NCBI RefSeq assembly: GCF_006345805.1
Contig: NC_043010.1
Location: forward strand, 42,036,001-42,100,000
Direction: 5' to 3'
Source: Octopus sinensis
Taxonomy: Eukaryota
Length of the DNA stretch: 64,000 nt
A model generated the notes under the pieces. That model did no database searches. It was not told the DNA's origin and was given only the letters and a program-made list of their open reading frames with translations. Position 1 is the stretch's first letter, and the number at the start of each line of letters is the position of its first letter. A program made the position numbers and the translations under genes. Shown piece by piece: positions 1 to 12,129 of the stretch.

Positions 1-103
1 ACATACCTCGCAACTGAAGTAGGTAGTTCCATGAACGTCATACCTAAGTGGGTAATAACGTTTTATTGTTACTTTATATAGATGTGTGCGTGTATGTGTG
101 TGT

Positions 104-151
<48 letters not shown>

Positions 152-480
152 GTACATATAAGTTGCTGTTGTAAATATAATATATATGCGGTCTCTTGCA
201 CAATGATTTTGAAAGAAGGTTTCTTACCACTATGTCAGTAGGAATTTTAAAAGTAATTGAAAATATGGGTTTCTTAAAAGGAGTAGCAATTCCGAAAATG
301 AAACAGTGTTTCAGTTGTTACAGTGAGCAGAACGATAATTTATTCACGTTTAGTTCAGTGCTGTGAGTCGATATAGTGATTGCACATTTGTCACTCCTTA
401 CTTTCAGTCTTTCGCTTAAAATCCTGGTCTTTTTACTATTTTCTATCGGCCATTATAGAAAAGAAATATGACAGAAAGTG
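1..480. repeat. Dispersed repeat with internal (TA)n, copy 1 (related to 57150-57650)
   Basis: CTCGCAACTGAAGTAG..GTTCCATGAACGTCATACCTAAGT at 7-49 recurs near 57158; the segment after the (TA)n tract (TTTGAAAG..TTTCTTAAAAG..AGCAATTC.GAAAA..AGTTGTT.CAGT) also recurs in the same order. Confidence 0.6.
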
Positions 481-1689
481 TCGTCTAATATACAGATATG
501 TAAATGAAAGCATTTTTAATCATAAAAAAAACCCCAAATATATTCAAATATATATATTGCTGACTAATATTTGCTGCCAAGTTATTTTGGTAAGCATTGT
601 TTGGAGTAGTCTTCCTTACTTTTTTCAAAAGTAAGATTAGTTGCGTATATATGAACATATTTTAGCGCTTTTACTGTTTTATTATCTAAATATGATTTCA
701 CTTCCCTATCGTTATTCAGATGGTGTTCCATACAGTGATACAGTAGATAAGTACTACATAAGAAAAGCAACATTATTCTATTGTTTAACTCGCATTAGAA
801 TTCACAAAAATATGTTAAAAAGAACTGTAAATTTCATTGAAGATATTTTATTTTGAAATGTTTTACAAAGATATTTTCAATTATATCAAGCAGTTCAAAT
901 AAAAGTATAAGGGAAATGTTTCTGCTTTACATCATAACTAAATAACTAAGAAAACTCTTCGGGTTACACTGCCTATTAAAATTAGCAACCAATATTTCGT
1001 AGTATGATGTCAGACGTTCCACAGAGAAAAGGGATGGAGATAATGAATATTGCGGTTTTTGATACATCAAAGATAGGATGATTACTATTGGAAAGCCTTT
1101 GATCATACGTTTATGTTTGTTTTTTTTTTTGTTTTGTTTTTTTTTTCAAAGAGCTGATTGAATGAGTAACGGCTTCCAATCTTATAGAACCTGGAAATAA
1201 CTGCCAAACGATGAGAGGAGATAAGAACAGAATTATATATTTTCTGTTTGGTAGCTTAGCTTTTTCATCAAAATTATGTTGCCGGAAAACAATATTTCAT
1301 TAAAATCAAAATCATTATGATTTTAATTGTTTTTATTACCTCATGCTGATTCACATTCAAATCCACGTGCTTCAAGCGCAGGCCGTTCGTAAATGAGTTT
1401 GTAGATTCAAAATTTAAAAGTTGTACTTCTGAAATTGTGTGTTGAAGCGAAATCTATTACATCGCTAATGTAACAAGAATTGTTGCATCAGATTGCGTTT
1501 ACATCTTAGAGAATGTTAGACTTTTGAGAAATAGAGGATAACACATGCAACATTTCTACGAATGGTTTACATATATGTTTCTCTTTAAACTTAACAGTTC
1601 AGATGAAATCCTTGGCAAATAAATACAACATTTTGTCAAACCACTAATTAGAGACATAAACACACCATAGTCAACACTACAGGCTTTTA

Positions 1690-2034
1690 GATATATATAA
1701 ACGGCAAAATGTCTGTGTGTGTGTCCTTTATACAAATCCACAACTTTTCAGTTAGAGGGCTCGCACTTTCTATGATCATTCAAAACCGTCCAATGGTGGT
1801 CGTGCACATCTTTATATTTCGCCAGTCACCCCGCAAAGCCATTAAAAAATCAATAGAAGTGACTTTTTTTGTGAATTTTCTATCCAAAACCCAATCAAAA
1901 TGCCCGAAACTTGATACGCCAATTGAATGCCAGCTACCTGTATGTGATTGGTCAGAGATTTAGACAGTACTCGCGTGTATGTGCGCACGCATGCACTAGC
2001 ACTATGACCCGGCGTTGCGGGTCATAGTGCTAGT
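1690..2034 (+). mobile_element. Non-autonomous Helitron-like element with terminal hairpin
   Basis: Begins ATATATATAAACGGCAAAATGTCTGTGTG; ends in hairpin ACTAGCACTATGACCCG-gcgttg-CGGGTCATAGTGCTAGT terminating in CTAG followed by T. Confidence 0.6.
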
Positions 2035-2382
2035 ATATACATATTTACACATACATTTCTACTCACACACAAAATGCATACAAACATGTATTTTAAGTTA
2101 CGTTGTGTTCTTTATAAACATATACAGGCTGCTTCAGAAACCCAAATACCATATATGTATGTTCTCTTTCACTTTTAATCATTTGAACGGTTCCTGTAAT
2201 GAAGGAGCTGGATTCTAACAAAATATACAAAATTCCATTGCTGGAATGTAGATAACAAACAAAATCACATTTGAGACTTGGGAAAAGCTTTGTATATTTT
2301 TACGGCTCTACTTACAGATTGTGTGTGTAAATTGTGAAATAGCTGATTAATTCTCTTCCTGAATACCCTAGCTTATCCAGGT

Positions 2383-3012
2383 TGTATGTATGTATGTATG
2401 TATGTATGTATGTGTGTATGTATGTATGCATGTATGTATGTATGCATGCTTATATGTGTGCATGCATGTATGTATGCATGCTTATATGTGTGCATGCATG
2501 TATGTATGCATGCTTATATGCATGCATGTATGTATGTAAGTCACTGTTCAGTTTTATTTCAAGATTTCTTGCCAATAGAGAAAGAGCCGGTTTCTAACCT
2601 TGATTCAAAACTCTTTCAATGGAATTTCAATATCAATAACAAGGTATTTTTGTTTGTATGTATATATATGTGCAAATTTGTATATTTTGTTTTATGCATG
2701 TGTTCTCATGCATATAGTTGCATATCTAGACATGCTGATAATGGTAAAGTTCTGGAAAGTTTTACAGATCTTTACAGTTCCAGTGATGGACTGGATCTGT
2801 AGTCTTCGAATTAGCTTTCTCCTTTCTGATTTTAAGAAGCCTAATTTCTCAAGATCGCTATTTAGGCAGTGTGCTACATATCCCTATGTATGTATATATG
2901 TATATATGTATATATGTACGTATGTATGTATGTATGTACGTATGTATGTATGTATGTATGTATGTATGTATGTATGTATGTATGTATGTATGTATATATG
3001 TACGTATGTATG
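2383..3012. repeat. (TATG)n/(CATG)n microsatellite blocks (2383-2537 and 2885-3012)
   Basis: Direct reading; source of the MYVC-repeat ORFs. Confidence 0.95.
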
Positions 3013-3728
3013 TATAAAAGTATATATGCATGTTTTTATATATGTGCGTATGTGTTCGTGTGTAAATGAATATATATGCCTATTAATATATGTTTACATG
3101 AATATATTGATATGTGTACCAAGAAAAGTATATAATAGTAGAGTGAAAAACCTCAAAACGGTCTCTGCAAACAGAATAATGTGGCTTAAAATCTCACTAT
3201 TAAAACCTAAAACTCTCTTAAAATCTATACCAGTTCTACTTCTAATTTCTAAAGAGAAATAATACATCGCTATTCAGTTTTTAAGGATACCCTAAAGAAC
3301 TTGACATGCCTTACGGAATATATTTTCAGGTTGAAAGCTAAAACATTCTTTATGATTTGAAATGGTTCACTGTAAAATTTGCACACGTGAGAGTCTAGAA
3401 ATTATTAACGCCGATTCAAATATTTCCTTAAATTCCAAACATAAGATTATTTTGAACTCTAAATATTTATACTTCTTTCGAACTACTTTCTCTTTTTGAA
3501 ATGTGAAAATGAAAAATTGTCTTCTCTTTTATAAGATAAATGGTCATCAGGATCATTAATACAATACTAATATAATCAAAACGTGTTATAATTACAAAGG
3601 TTGTTGACTATCTTTTCAATTGATCAGTTGATTGATTAACTTGAACCATGAATGTACTCTAAATATATATATAAAATGGATGTCAGACTACAATGCACAA
3701 ATACATATATAAATCCCATTGTTTATGC

Positions 3729-3786
<58 letters not shown>

Positions 3787-3947
3787 TCACACACAACATG
3801 GACAAAACTTCTTAAGAAAAAATATATATTCAAATAAGTAAAACATAATATCATGAATAGCGATAGTGAAACCGGTCGATATATTAAAGATTATATTAAA
3901 ACTATCTAAGTGTGCGTATTTTCCTTTTTTAATTTCTTATATATATA

Positions 3948-4470
3948 CTAGCAGTATCGCCCGGCGTTGCTCGGGTTTGTAAGGGAAATAACTATATAAG
4001 CATTTTTAGTGAGTTATAGCAAAAAAATACCAAAAAAATGCTTAAAAATGGAATAAAAAATGATGGTAATTTTGGTGTCTTCAAGCCATGAAGTCGTTGT
4101 TCTAAAAGAACGCTGGTCTCCTTGACAATACTTTACGACGTTGATTTCCTTACACTCCCTTCCCCACAGTTTCACGAGGGAGGGAAGAAGGGGGAGAAGC
4201 AAACAGGTGCAGGTGTGACCATGAACGCCAACTCCGCCGCCATCGACACACGGAAAATTATGCATTAAAATGTAATAAAAAATGATGTTAAATTATTTTT
4301 AAAATCGTAGACTCATCGTAGACGCGCGCTAATACCCAGAAGGGCTCGATATGAATCATGACTATAAGATACCCGAATTTGGTTAAACTGTACCGCAAAA
4401 TGTGGGAGTAGTTAGGAATCTAAATCGAAGGGGACAGACACTCACACAACTACAGTTTTATATATATAGA
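3948..4470 (-). mobile_element. Non-autonomous Helitron, copy 1
   Basis: On - strand starts TCTATATATATAAAACTG and ends CCCGAGCAACGCCGGG hairpin + CTAG; inserted between A and T with no TSD. Confidence 0.8.
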
Positions 4471-4604
4471 TATATAGATATTTACAAGATAAGGGCAGAA
4501 GAAAAATTCTAATGCCAGATACGCCGAAACAAAAAATTTGTCGATAACCATTAAATTTATGCGTCTCGAAATAAACCGATAGAAATCTCTAAAAAATTCG
4601 TTAT

Positions 4605-4663
4605 TACCGTATTGGTTCAATTTCGGGGTTAATTCACAAGATATTTTCCCCTCTTCAGCGGCA
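4605..4663 (-). ncRNA. Type I hammerhead ribozyme motif
   Basis: UGCCG-CUGAAGA-GGGG..CCCC-GAA-AUUG-aac-CAAU-A-CGGUA: complete core and stems I-III. Confidence 0.8.
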
Positions 4664-4835
4664 CATACGCGAGATATAAATGAAATACTTATTCATACCC
4701 ACGGAAGAAGCAAGTACCAAGTCCCGAGCAGACTTAAGTACCCCAAATATATCCAAATAGAAAAATCTTCGGCGCGCCTCGAGATACCCTTCTTCCGTGG
4801 GTATGAATAAGTATTTCATTTATATCTCGCGTATG

Positions 4836-4894
4836 TGCCGCTGAAGAGGGGAAAATTTCTTGTGAATTAACCCCGAAATTGGACTAATACGGTA
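4836..4894 (+). ncRNA. Type I hammerhead ribozyme motif
   Basis: UGCCG-CUGAAGA-GGGG..CCCC-GAA-AUUG-gac-UAAU-A-CGGUA; predicted cut after A4889. Confidence 0.78.
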
Positions 4895-5018
4895 ATAACG
4901 AATTTTTTAGAGATATCTATCAGTTTATTTCGAGACGAATAAATTTAATGGTTATCGACAAATTTTTTGTTTCGGCATATCTGGCATTAGAATTTTTCTT
5001 CTGCCTTTATCTTGTAAA

Positions 5019-5517
5019 TCTACATATATAAAACTGTAGTTGTGTGAGTGTCTGTCCCCTTCGATTTAGATTCCTAACTACTCCCACATTTTGCGGTGCA
5101 GTTTAACCAAATTCGGGTATCTTATAGTCGTGATTCATATCGAGCCCGTCTGAGTATTAGCGCGCGTCTACGATGGGTCTACGATTTAAAAAATAATTTA
5201 ACATCATTTTTTATTCCATTTTAATGCATAATTTTTCGTGTGTCGATGGCGGCGGAGTTGGCGTCCATGGTCACACCTACACCTGTTTGCTTCTCCCTCG
5301 TGAAGCTGTGGGGAAGGGAGTGTAAGGAAATCAACGTCGTAAAGCGTTGTCAAGGAGACCAGCGTTCATTTAGAACAACGACTTCCTGGCTTGAAGACAC
5401 CAAAACAGAAATGGCTAAGAAAGCCCGAATTGGCATCTATAAGGGAAGTAACTCTCTAAAAATGCTTATAAAGTTATTTCCCTTACAAACCCGAGCAACG
5501 CCGGGCGACACTGCTAG
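5019..5517 (+). mobile_element. Non-autonomous Helitron, copy 2
   Basis: A|TC...CCCGAGCAACGCCGGG..CTAG|T termini; same family as 3948-4470. Confidence 0.8.
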
Positions 5518-5618
5518 TTATGTATAAATTTTACCTTTAAAGGCATTTTTTGATATGCTGGCCATTGATAAACTTTTTTTCCCGAAAAAATTTTTATCCT
5601 ATATCAATTATTATTATG

Positions 5619-5702
<84 letters not shown>

Positions 5703-6249
5703 CATACATATATATATATGCTAACACATTATTACGAACTGAATGCAGTGGTGTGAAAAAGTAAATCGCTAAAGGATTTCAAAGTATATAAAAGTTTAAA
5801 AAGTGCAGCGGAAAAATATCAGGGACATTGCGAAAACGTTACTGCTTCCAACACCTACAAGAAAAATACCCTGCAATACAGATTAAATCTAGTCAAGTGC
5901 TCAAGAATTTACTCCGTTATTTACTCGGACCTTATTTTGTGATAGATTTTTTGCGATGCCTTAAATAGGACGACTGTGTAGGATGCATGGATGGAGGATC
6001 ATGTCAAGAAGTAAGATGATATTTAAGAAAAGAAAACGGTCAAAATATTGTATGGCGATTTGCAGAAAGAGAAATGTGAAACTTCTAACGAAAAGCATTT
6101 TCAAGCTGCTTTAACTCTTTGGTATTTCCAACAAAGCATTACCCATTTTAGACTGCACCAAACCACCCAATGTGCTTGAATGTGATTTCTGATAACGTGT
6201 GCCATATACATCTTCAAGAATACAACTCCTTTTCCCAAGCCAATGGATC

Positions 6250-6855
6250 AAGTTGTGATAGTTCGATTCGAAGCATATTATCTGAGAAGTTTCAAATAAC
6301 TTATGAAAACAATTCATAGGGAAGATAAACCCACTGTTAGATTTGTGAAAGAACAGATGTTGTGAATAACGTAGCTGAATTAATGGAATGAAGTGAAGCC
6401 CTCAGCTTTGACTAGTGCTTGGAAAAAATCTATAAACGGTATCCGTTACTTCACAAGCTTTCGAATGGTTGAAAGTGGGGAAATATATCAAATTTGGAAA
6501 GATATTGTGACATTTGCAAATTATGTAGGGTTTGAAGAAATCAATAGTGGGTGATGTAGTTGAGTTGCTAGTATCCAGTAGAATAAGCTTATCTAAGAAG
6601 AAGCTGATACTTTGCAATAAGAGCAAGCTAACAAGACAGGAACTCCACGAACGCCACTTAAATTGACCGCAAAGAATATTTCAGAAGGGTTGACACTTAC
6701 AAAGGGAGATTTGCAAGATTTTCTGATAAAAACTCTAATCATGAATGTAGCAAAAAATTGCAAGAGGAGTTTATGATGAACTCATTCCTACACAGATCTG
6801 TATAGGGATTATGCGATATAAACCTTTAACAACTTTGGATAAATTCTTCACCAGT
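6250..6855 (+). pseudogene. Possible Tigger/pogo transposase C-terminal relic
   Basis: Broken frames with DVVELL and a terminal TTLDKFF motif resembling pogo-family C-termini; heavily decayed. Confidence 0.3.
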
Positions 6856-6863
6856 CAACCAGA

Positions 6864-6912
6864 TGTTGTTGTTGATGATGATGGTGCTGATGGTGATGAT
6901 GACGACGACGAC

Positions 6913-6958
<46 letters not shown>

Positions 6959-7007
6959 GTGATGATGATGGTGATGATGATGATGATGATGATGATGGTG
7001 ATGATGA
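6864..7007. repeat. (GAT)n trinucleotide microsatellite
   Basis: Direct reading. Confidence 0.95.
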
Positions 7008-7368
7008 CCTATTGCTATCTCTCATTGCACCGTCACTCCTCATATAGTAATCGGCATTCCGATAAAGCGATTCTTATTTATTCCGCTAACGTATTTATTT
7101 TCAAATGTTTTGCGGGGGAATTTCTGTATATATAAATCAAAATAAGCAACAGGATATCAAGTAGTGATGCAGCACGACCGTTTCAAGCAGTTCCATTTGA
7201 TTGAACATTGCAATCATTACATCAATTTAAAGGCAGTTCCATCTTCAGCTGCACAAATAAATAGATAGAATTTTAACAAGTAGGACACATTAATATAACT
7301 TTTCTCAACAGTGCAAGAAGGAAGAAATTCATATTAAGCGTTTATTTGTTTGTAAGTGTAGGCACAGA

Positions 7369-7461
7369 TCTCTCTCTCTCTCTCTCTCTCTCCTTCTCTC
7401 TCTTTCTTTCTCTGTCTTTCTCTTTGTCGCTCTCTCTCTCTTTCTATCTCTCTCTCTCGCG

Positions 7462-7520
<59 letters not shown>
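7369..7520. repeat. Compound (TC)n-(TA)n-(GA)n microsatellite
   Basis: Direct reading. Confidence 0.9.
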
Positions 7521-7807
7521 TGCTTTCCTACATTTATTCTAAACTATTCGTCTTAAAGATTGTTTTCGCTGATTACATGCAAGTCAGTCCTACTTGGATT
7601 TTAATTGTGCTCTTAATTATTACGGAATTATGTTTTTATGTTTATACGTCAGTTCTCTACATTGATAAAAATAATTGTACCTAATAATAATACAGCCTAT
7701 ACATAAATACATGCACACCCACACAAACAAACACACAGATACGTGTGTGTACTGTTTTGTATGCAAAAGTATTACTTCTATATCATATTTAGATATGTGC
7801 GCGTGTG

Positions 7808-7839
<32 letters not shown>

Positions 7840-7920
7840 CGCGTGCATGTGTGCGTATATGCAATATTTAGTGTATTAAAATGTTATTTCTGAGTTGTAT
7901 TATGTATACTAGCAAATATA

Positions 7921-8066
7921 TATTTCTTTACTACCCACAAGGGGCTAAATACAGAGGGGACAAACAAGGACAGACAAACGGATTAAGTCGATTACATCGA
8001 CCCCAGTACGTAACTGGTTCTAAATTTATCGACCCCGAAAGGATGAAATGCAAAGTCGACCTCGGC
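7921..8066 (-). mobile_element. SINE family A, 5'-truncated copy with 18-bp TSD
   Basis: TGTATACTAGCAAATATA at 7903-7920 and 8067-8084; matches the 3' half of 8221-8445. Confidence 0.85.
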
Positions 8067-8220
8067 TGTATACTAGCAAATATAAGGCATCTACAATGGA
8101 GGCATAAAATGAAGGAGGGAAGTCAGAACAGCGGTATGTATTGAGAAATGTGTAAATGGATTTGATAGATTACTGGGTGATGTCTTAGAGAAATGACATT
8201 ATTGTTGGTGATACAGTATT

Positions 8221-8445
8221 GAGCTGGCAGAAACGTTAGCACGCCGGGCGAAATGTGTAGCCGTATTTCGTCTGCCGCTACGTTCTGAGTTCAAATTCCG
8301 CCGAGGTCGACTTTGCCTTTCATCCTTTCGGGGTCGATTAAATAAGCACCAGTTACGCACTGGGGTCGATGTAATTGACTTAATCCCTTTGTCTGTCCTT
8401 GTTTGTCCCCTCTATGTTTAGCCCCCTGTGGGCAATAAAGAAATA
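8221..8445 (+). mobile_element. SINE family A (tRNA-derived head, central CCTTTCATCCTTTCGGGGTCGAT domain, tail A)
   Basis: A-box-like TGGCAGAAACG and B-box-like GAGTTCAAATTCC; TSD GATACAGTATT; many related copies in window. Confidence 0.85.
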
Positions 8446-9350
8446 GATACAGTATTCTATTGCAGCCATATGACATGTTTGTAACTAAGTGACCTGTGAT
8501 GACGATTCACTCCCGAACAAAAATAGGCTCCCAGCCTCTATATCATGAATGGTTATGTTGACCACTCCTAACGAAAGCCAGAGCTTTCTTCGACTACTAC
8601 ATAAAAGGTTTTAAGGAAAAATGTTGTTTAGATGTACTTTTATTTTAGTTGTTTACCCTATTTTTACGCTTGTTTATACTCTTATACATTCAAAGTTCAC
8701 AAATTTCCTTATCTAAATTATGCATCATATTCCTTTCGATAATATCAATATCTTTATAGACAATATTTTTTGTTTGGCCGACACTAATTTTCAAATTACT
8801 GGAGGCAGTTGCTCTACTCATTGCGACGTATAACTGGTCGTGTGTAAACATCGGAGTGGGTGAAAATACACCTTCACGATCTAAAGTATAGCCTTGTGCC
8901 TTGTTTGCTGTGAATGGGCGAGCGGTTGCAAAAACTCAAACAAAGACCTACCTCTCACTGTTCTATACGAATAATGCCTGGCTGTTCTGGTACCATGGGT
9001 TATTTTGATTGGCAAAACTGAGATGTAAACAACAGCCGCTTCGATCAGCCGTTTCGAATCCCGCTTGAGAGTGTTACACTTCAATAACCAATAAATAATC
9101 ACACACATTATGTACTGACACACATTTTCCATTTCATCTTCGCTATTAACCGTCCTCGCGACCCATTTCATATCTACGATGGAGCCACAAACTATGCAAT
9201 GAAAATCCAGAGTTACACGTGGTCGGTGAATTTTTAATAAAAATGCGAAGGTGATTTATCAATTCAAAAATCGATATCCACGAAATAGCCATGCTTTCGC
9301 TGTGATAAAATAAAGTATAAACCAACTATTTGGGTCAGTATAATCGACTT

Positions 9351-9661
9351 GTGGAGGCGCAATGGCCCAGTGGTTATGGTAGCGGACTTGCGGTTGTAGG
9401 ATCGCGATTTCGATTCCCAGACCGGGCGTTGTGAGTGTTTATTGAGCGAAAACACCTAAAGCTCCACGAGGCTCCGACAAGGGGTGGTGGCGATCCCTGC
9501 TGTACTCTTTCGCCACAACTTTCTCTCACTCTTTCTTCTGTTGGCTTGCTAGCTTAGCCAGCGGAGTGGCGTCATTTGAAGGCTAAAACAATGCGAAGCG
9601 CATTGTGACCAGCGATGTGTAGCAACATCTGATAGCCCGGTCGGTCACGGTGATCACAGTG
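9351..9661 (+). mobile_element. tRNA-derived SINE family B (resembles octopus OR1/OR2 type), tail variant 1
   Basis: Head GGAGGCGCAATGGCCCAGTGGTTA..TTCGATTCC; 11-bp TSD ATAATCGACTT (9340-9350, 9662-9672). Confidence 0.8.
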
Positions 9662-10334
9662 ATAATCGACTTATCTCTTTCACTTACCTCGATTATATAA
9701 AAAACAGTACATTTGAATGACAGAATCGTTAGAGCGATGGAAAAATTCCTTCCTGCTATTTTCGTACAACTTTTTATGTTCTGTGTTCAAATCATGCTGA
9801 AGTCAGCTTTACTTTTCAGGATTGATAAAATAATGTCCCAGTCAAATATATTGATAACAGCGACTTAGCCCTCACCTGAAATACGCTGACCTTGTGCTTA
9901 AATTAAAATCCATTATATGTTGTTCATCTCTTAGTCTTCGCTTTATATGTATATTTTGATATTTGTTGTGAAAATCGATTATTGATTTTTTTAAAGCTAA
10001 CCAAGAACCTGGTGGGTTGATTAATCATTTATTTCTTGTCCCTTTCTGTACAGAGCTTATAAAAAAATTCTAGAAAGTTTTGTTTCAGAAAACAAATTTA
10101 AAAGAAGGCAGTGCCTTCAATGGCCAACTAGCTTGAGAGAGAGGTTAGAAGTGAGCATGCCTATACTATCTCTTTATGATGGCTTTTCGTGCCGATATTT
10201 ACAGTGAATAAAACAGCAAACTGGCAGAACCGTTAGCACACCGGGAAAAGGCTTAGCGGTATTTCGAACGTCTTTACGTTCTGATTTCAAATTACGACGA
10301 AGTCTATAAAATAAATACGAGTTGAACACGGGAG

Positions 10335-11712
10335 TCGATGTAATCAACTACCTCTCCCGTTGGGTCACCAAGAAACTATGAGTTTCCCAGCAACGGAGTT
10401 TTGTTTCGTGGATTGTTTTTCTTTCCCATGTTATTTCGCATGCTTTCAAAGAATGTGCCATTGAAATCACACGTAAACGGCTCCTTTCCCCAGAAAGGGA
10501 ATGATTTGGCTGCTATTTCTTGCACGCCCTGCTACCATGCAACAGGTATTTCGGGTCCTTTTCGCAAATAGCTGTTACATGATAGCAAGACGTGCTAGAA
10601 ATTGCAGCCAAATTTTTGGATGTGAGATATATAGAATGCACTTGAAAATAACCTATGGAAAAAAAAACTATTTCACACCGAGGTTAAGAACGGATCTTTT
10701 ATGAAATATTTACAGTAGATTTATTTTCATTTTAACATATTTTTTTAATATGCCAAAAAATTTTTGTATTGATATTCACTTGAAAATAATTTTAAAAAAC
10801 ATTAAAAGATTGTCTGTTTGAAGAAAGCTAAACTATAAATACTTACTGTACAAACAGCTTACATTTTTGAAATCTCATTCACTTAAAAATATTTCTAAAT
10901 GATAAAAATATTGTTTAACAAAAGCGAAAATAGAAGCATTTATTGTAAAAAAAAATTCGTATTTATTTTTGTTGTCAAGTCACTGTTTCTAACAGAAAGA
11001 TAAGAGTTTCTTCCCTTTCAGGATTAAGTTTATTTTCGGAATATTTTTCTATTATGCACCGTTTTGGGTATTTATACCCGAAAACCTGAAATCTCTTTAA
11101 AACTACTTGTCCGATTTATGCGAAACTTGTTTTATTCCGTTCGTATTAACAATTCAGGGTCAACTTAATTCATAGTATTTTCCCATTAGGGAAAATAGTA
11201 TTTTCCCAGTTTGGCTAGGTAACATTGCAAGCAAGCAAGCAAGCAAGATTCAAACTAACTTTTAATGTATGATAGATACTAATGAACTCGATGTAATCAA
11301 CTACCTCTCCCGTTGGGTCACCAAGAAACTATGAGTTTCCCAGCAACGGAGTTTTGTTTCGTGGATTGTTTTTCTTTCCCATGTTATTTCGCATGCTTTC
11401 AAAGAATGTGCCATTGAAATCACACGTAAACGGCTCCTTTCCCCAGAAAGGGAATGATTTGGCTGCTATTTCTTGCACGCCCTGCTACCATGCAACAGGT
11501 ATTTCGGGTCCTTTTCGCAAATAGCTGTTACATGATAGAAAGACGTGCTAGAAATTGCAGCCAAATTTTTGGATGTGAGATATATAGAATGCACTTGAAA
11601 ATAACCTATGGAAAAAAAAACTATTTCACACCGAGGTTAAGAACGGATCTTTTATGAAATATTTACAGTAGATTTATTTTCATTTTAACATATTTTTTTA
11701 ATATGCCAAAAA
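10335..11712. repeat. 425-bp direct duplication (10335-10759 and 11288-11712) around a 528-bp insert
   Basis: Copies offset by 953 bp with one substitution noticed; duplicate 67-aa ORFs in the track. Confidence 0.9.
10760..11276 (-). mobile_element. Helitron-like 5' fragment
   Basis: - strand starts TCTATCATACATTAAAAG followed by (CTTG)n, typical of non-autonomous Helitron 5' ends; no CTAG end found. Confidence 0.4.
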
Positions 11713-11929
11713 CATTCCTTCTTAATCTTTTTATTTATGCGCTGTACAATGCCTAGTTCATCGTCTTTGGACGTCTATGATTTATTGCATTCTCTTATCT
11801 CAGTTTCTTTATATAGCATGAGATTAAGTGATCGTAATTAAATTTTACCTTCTTCGTAGTTGCCATGACGCAGAGTTATTGTTATTATAAAGAAAGCTGC
11901 TAGACTCATAATCACACCACGCAAAATGT

Positions 11930-12100
11930 TTAGCAGCAATTGTCTGCTTTACGTTCTGAGTTCAAATTCTGCTGGGGTCGACTTTGCATTTCATCCTTTC
12001 GGGGTCGATAAATCAAGTACCAGTTGAGTACTGTGGTCGATATGATCGACTTTTCCCCCTCCACAAAATCCAGGCCTTGTACCTATAGTAGAAAGGATTA
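11930..12100 (+). mobile_element. SINE family A with tail B
   Basis: TTACGTTCTGAGTTCAAATT..TTCATCCTTTCGGGGTCGAT..CAGGCCTTGTACCTATAGTAGAAAGG then (ATT)n. Confidence 0.75.
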
Positions 12101-12129
12101 TTATTATCATCATCGTTATTATTATTAGC

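Larger units (their letters stand above)
4481..5018. mobile_element. Inverted pair of Penelope-like pseudo-LTR segments (arms 4481-4710 and 4789-5018, 78-bp spacer)
   Basis: Arms are near-perfect reverse complements; each carries a type I hammerhead motif, a known hallmark of PLE pLTRs. Confidence 0.65.

Noticed and set aside
2382-3262. ORFs of 66-220 aa rich in MYVC
   Set aside because: Translations of (TATG)n microsatellites
4014-5527. Two similar ORFs (SLVKLWGRECKEINVVK) on opposite strands
   Set aside because: Chance frames in two copies of a non-coding Helitron
6811-7135. Poly-Asp, poly-Met and poly-Ser ORFs
   Set aside because: (GAT)n repeat read in different frames
9351-9430. tRNA-like sequence
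   Set aside because: SINE head continuing into a SINE body with TSD; not a tRNA gene
10501-11657. Duplicated 67-aa ORF suggesting a gene pair or LTRs
   Set aside because: By-product of the 425-bp duplication; no TG..CA ends, PBS or PPT
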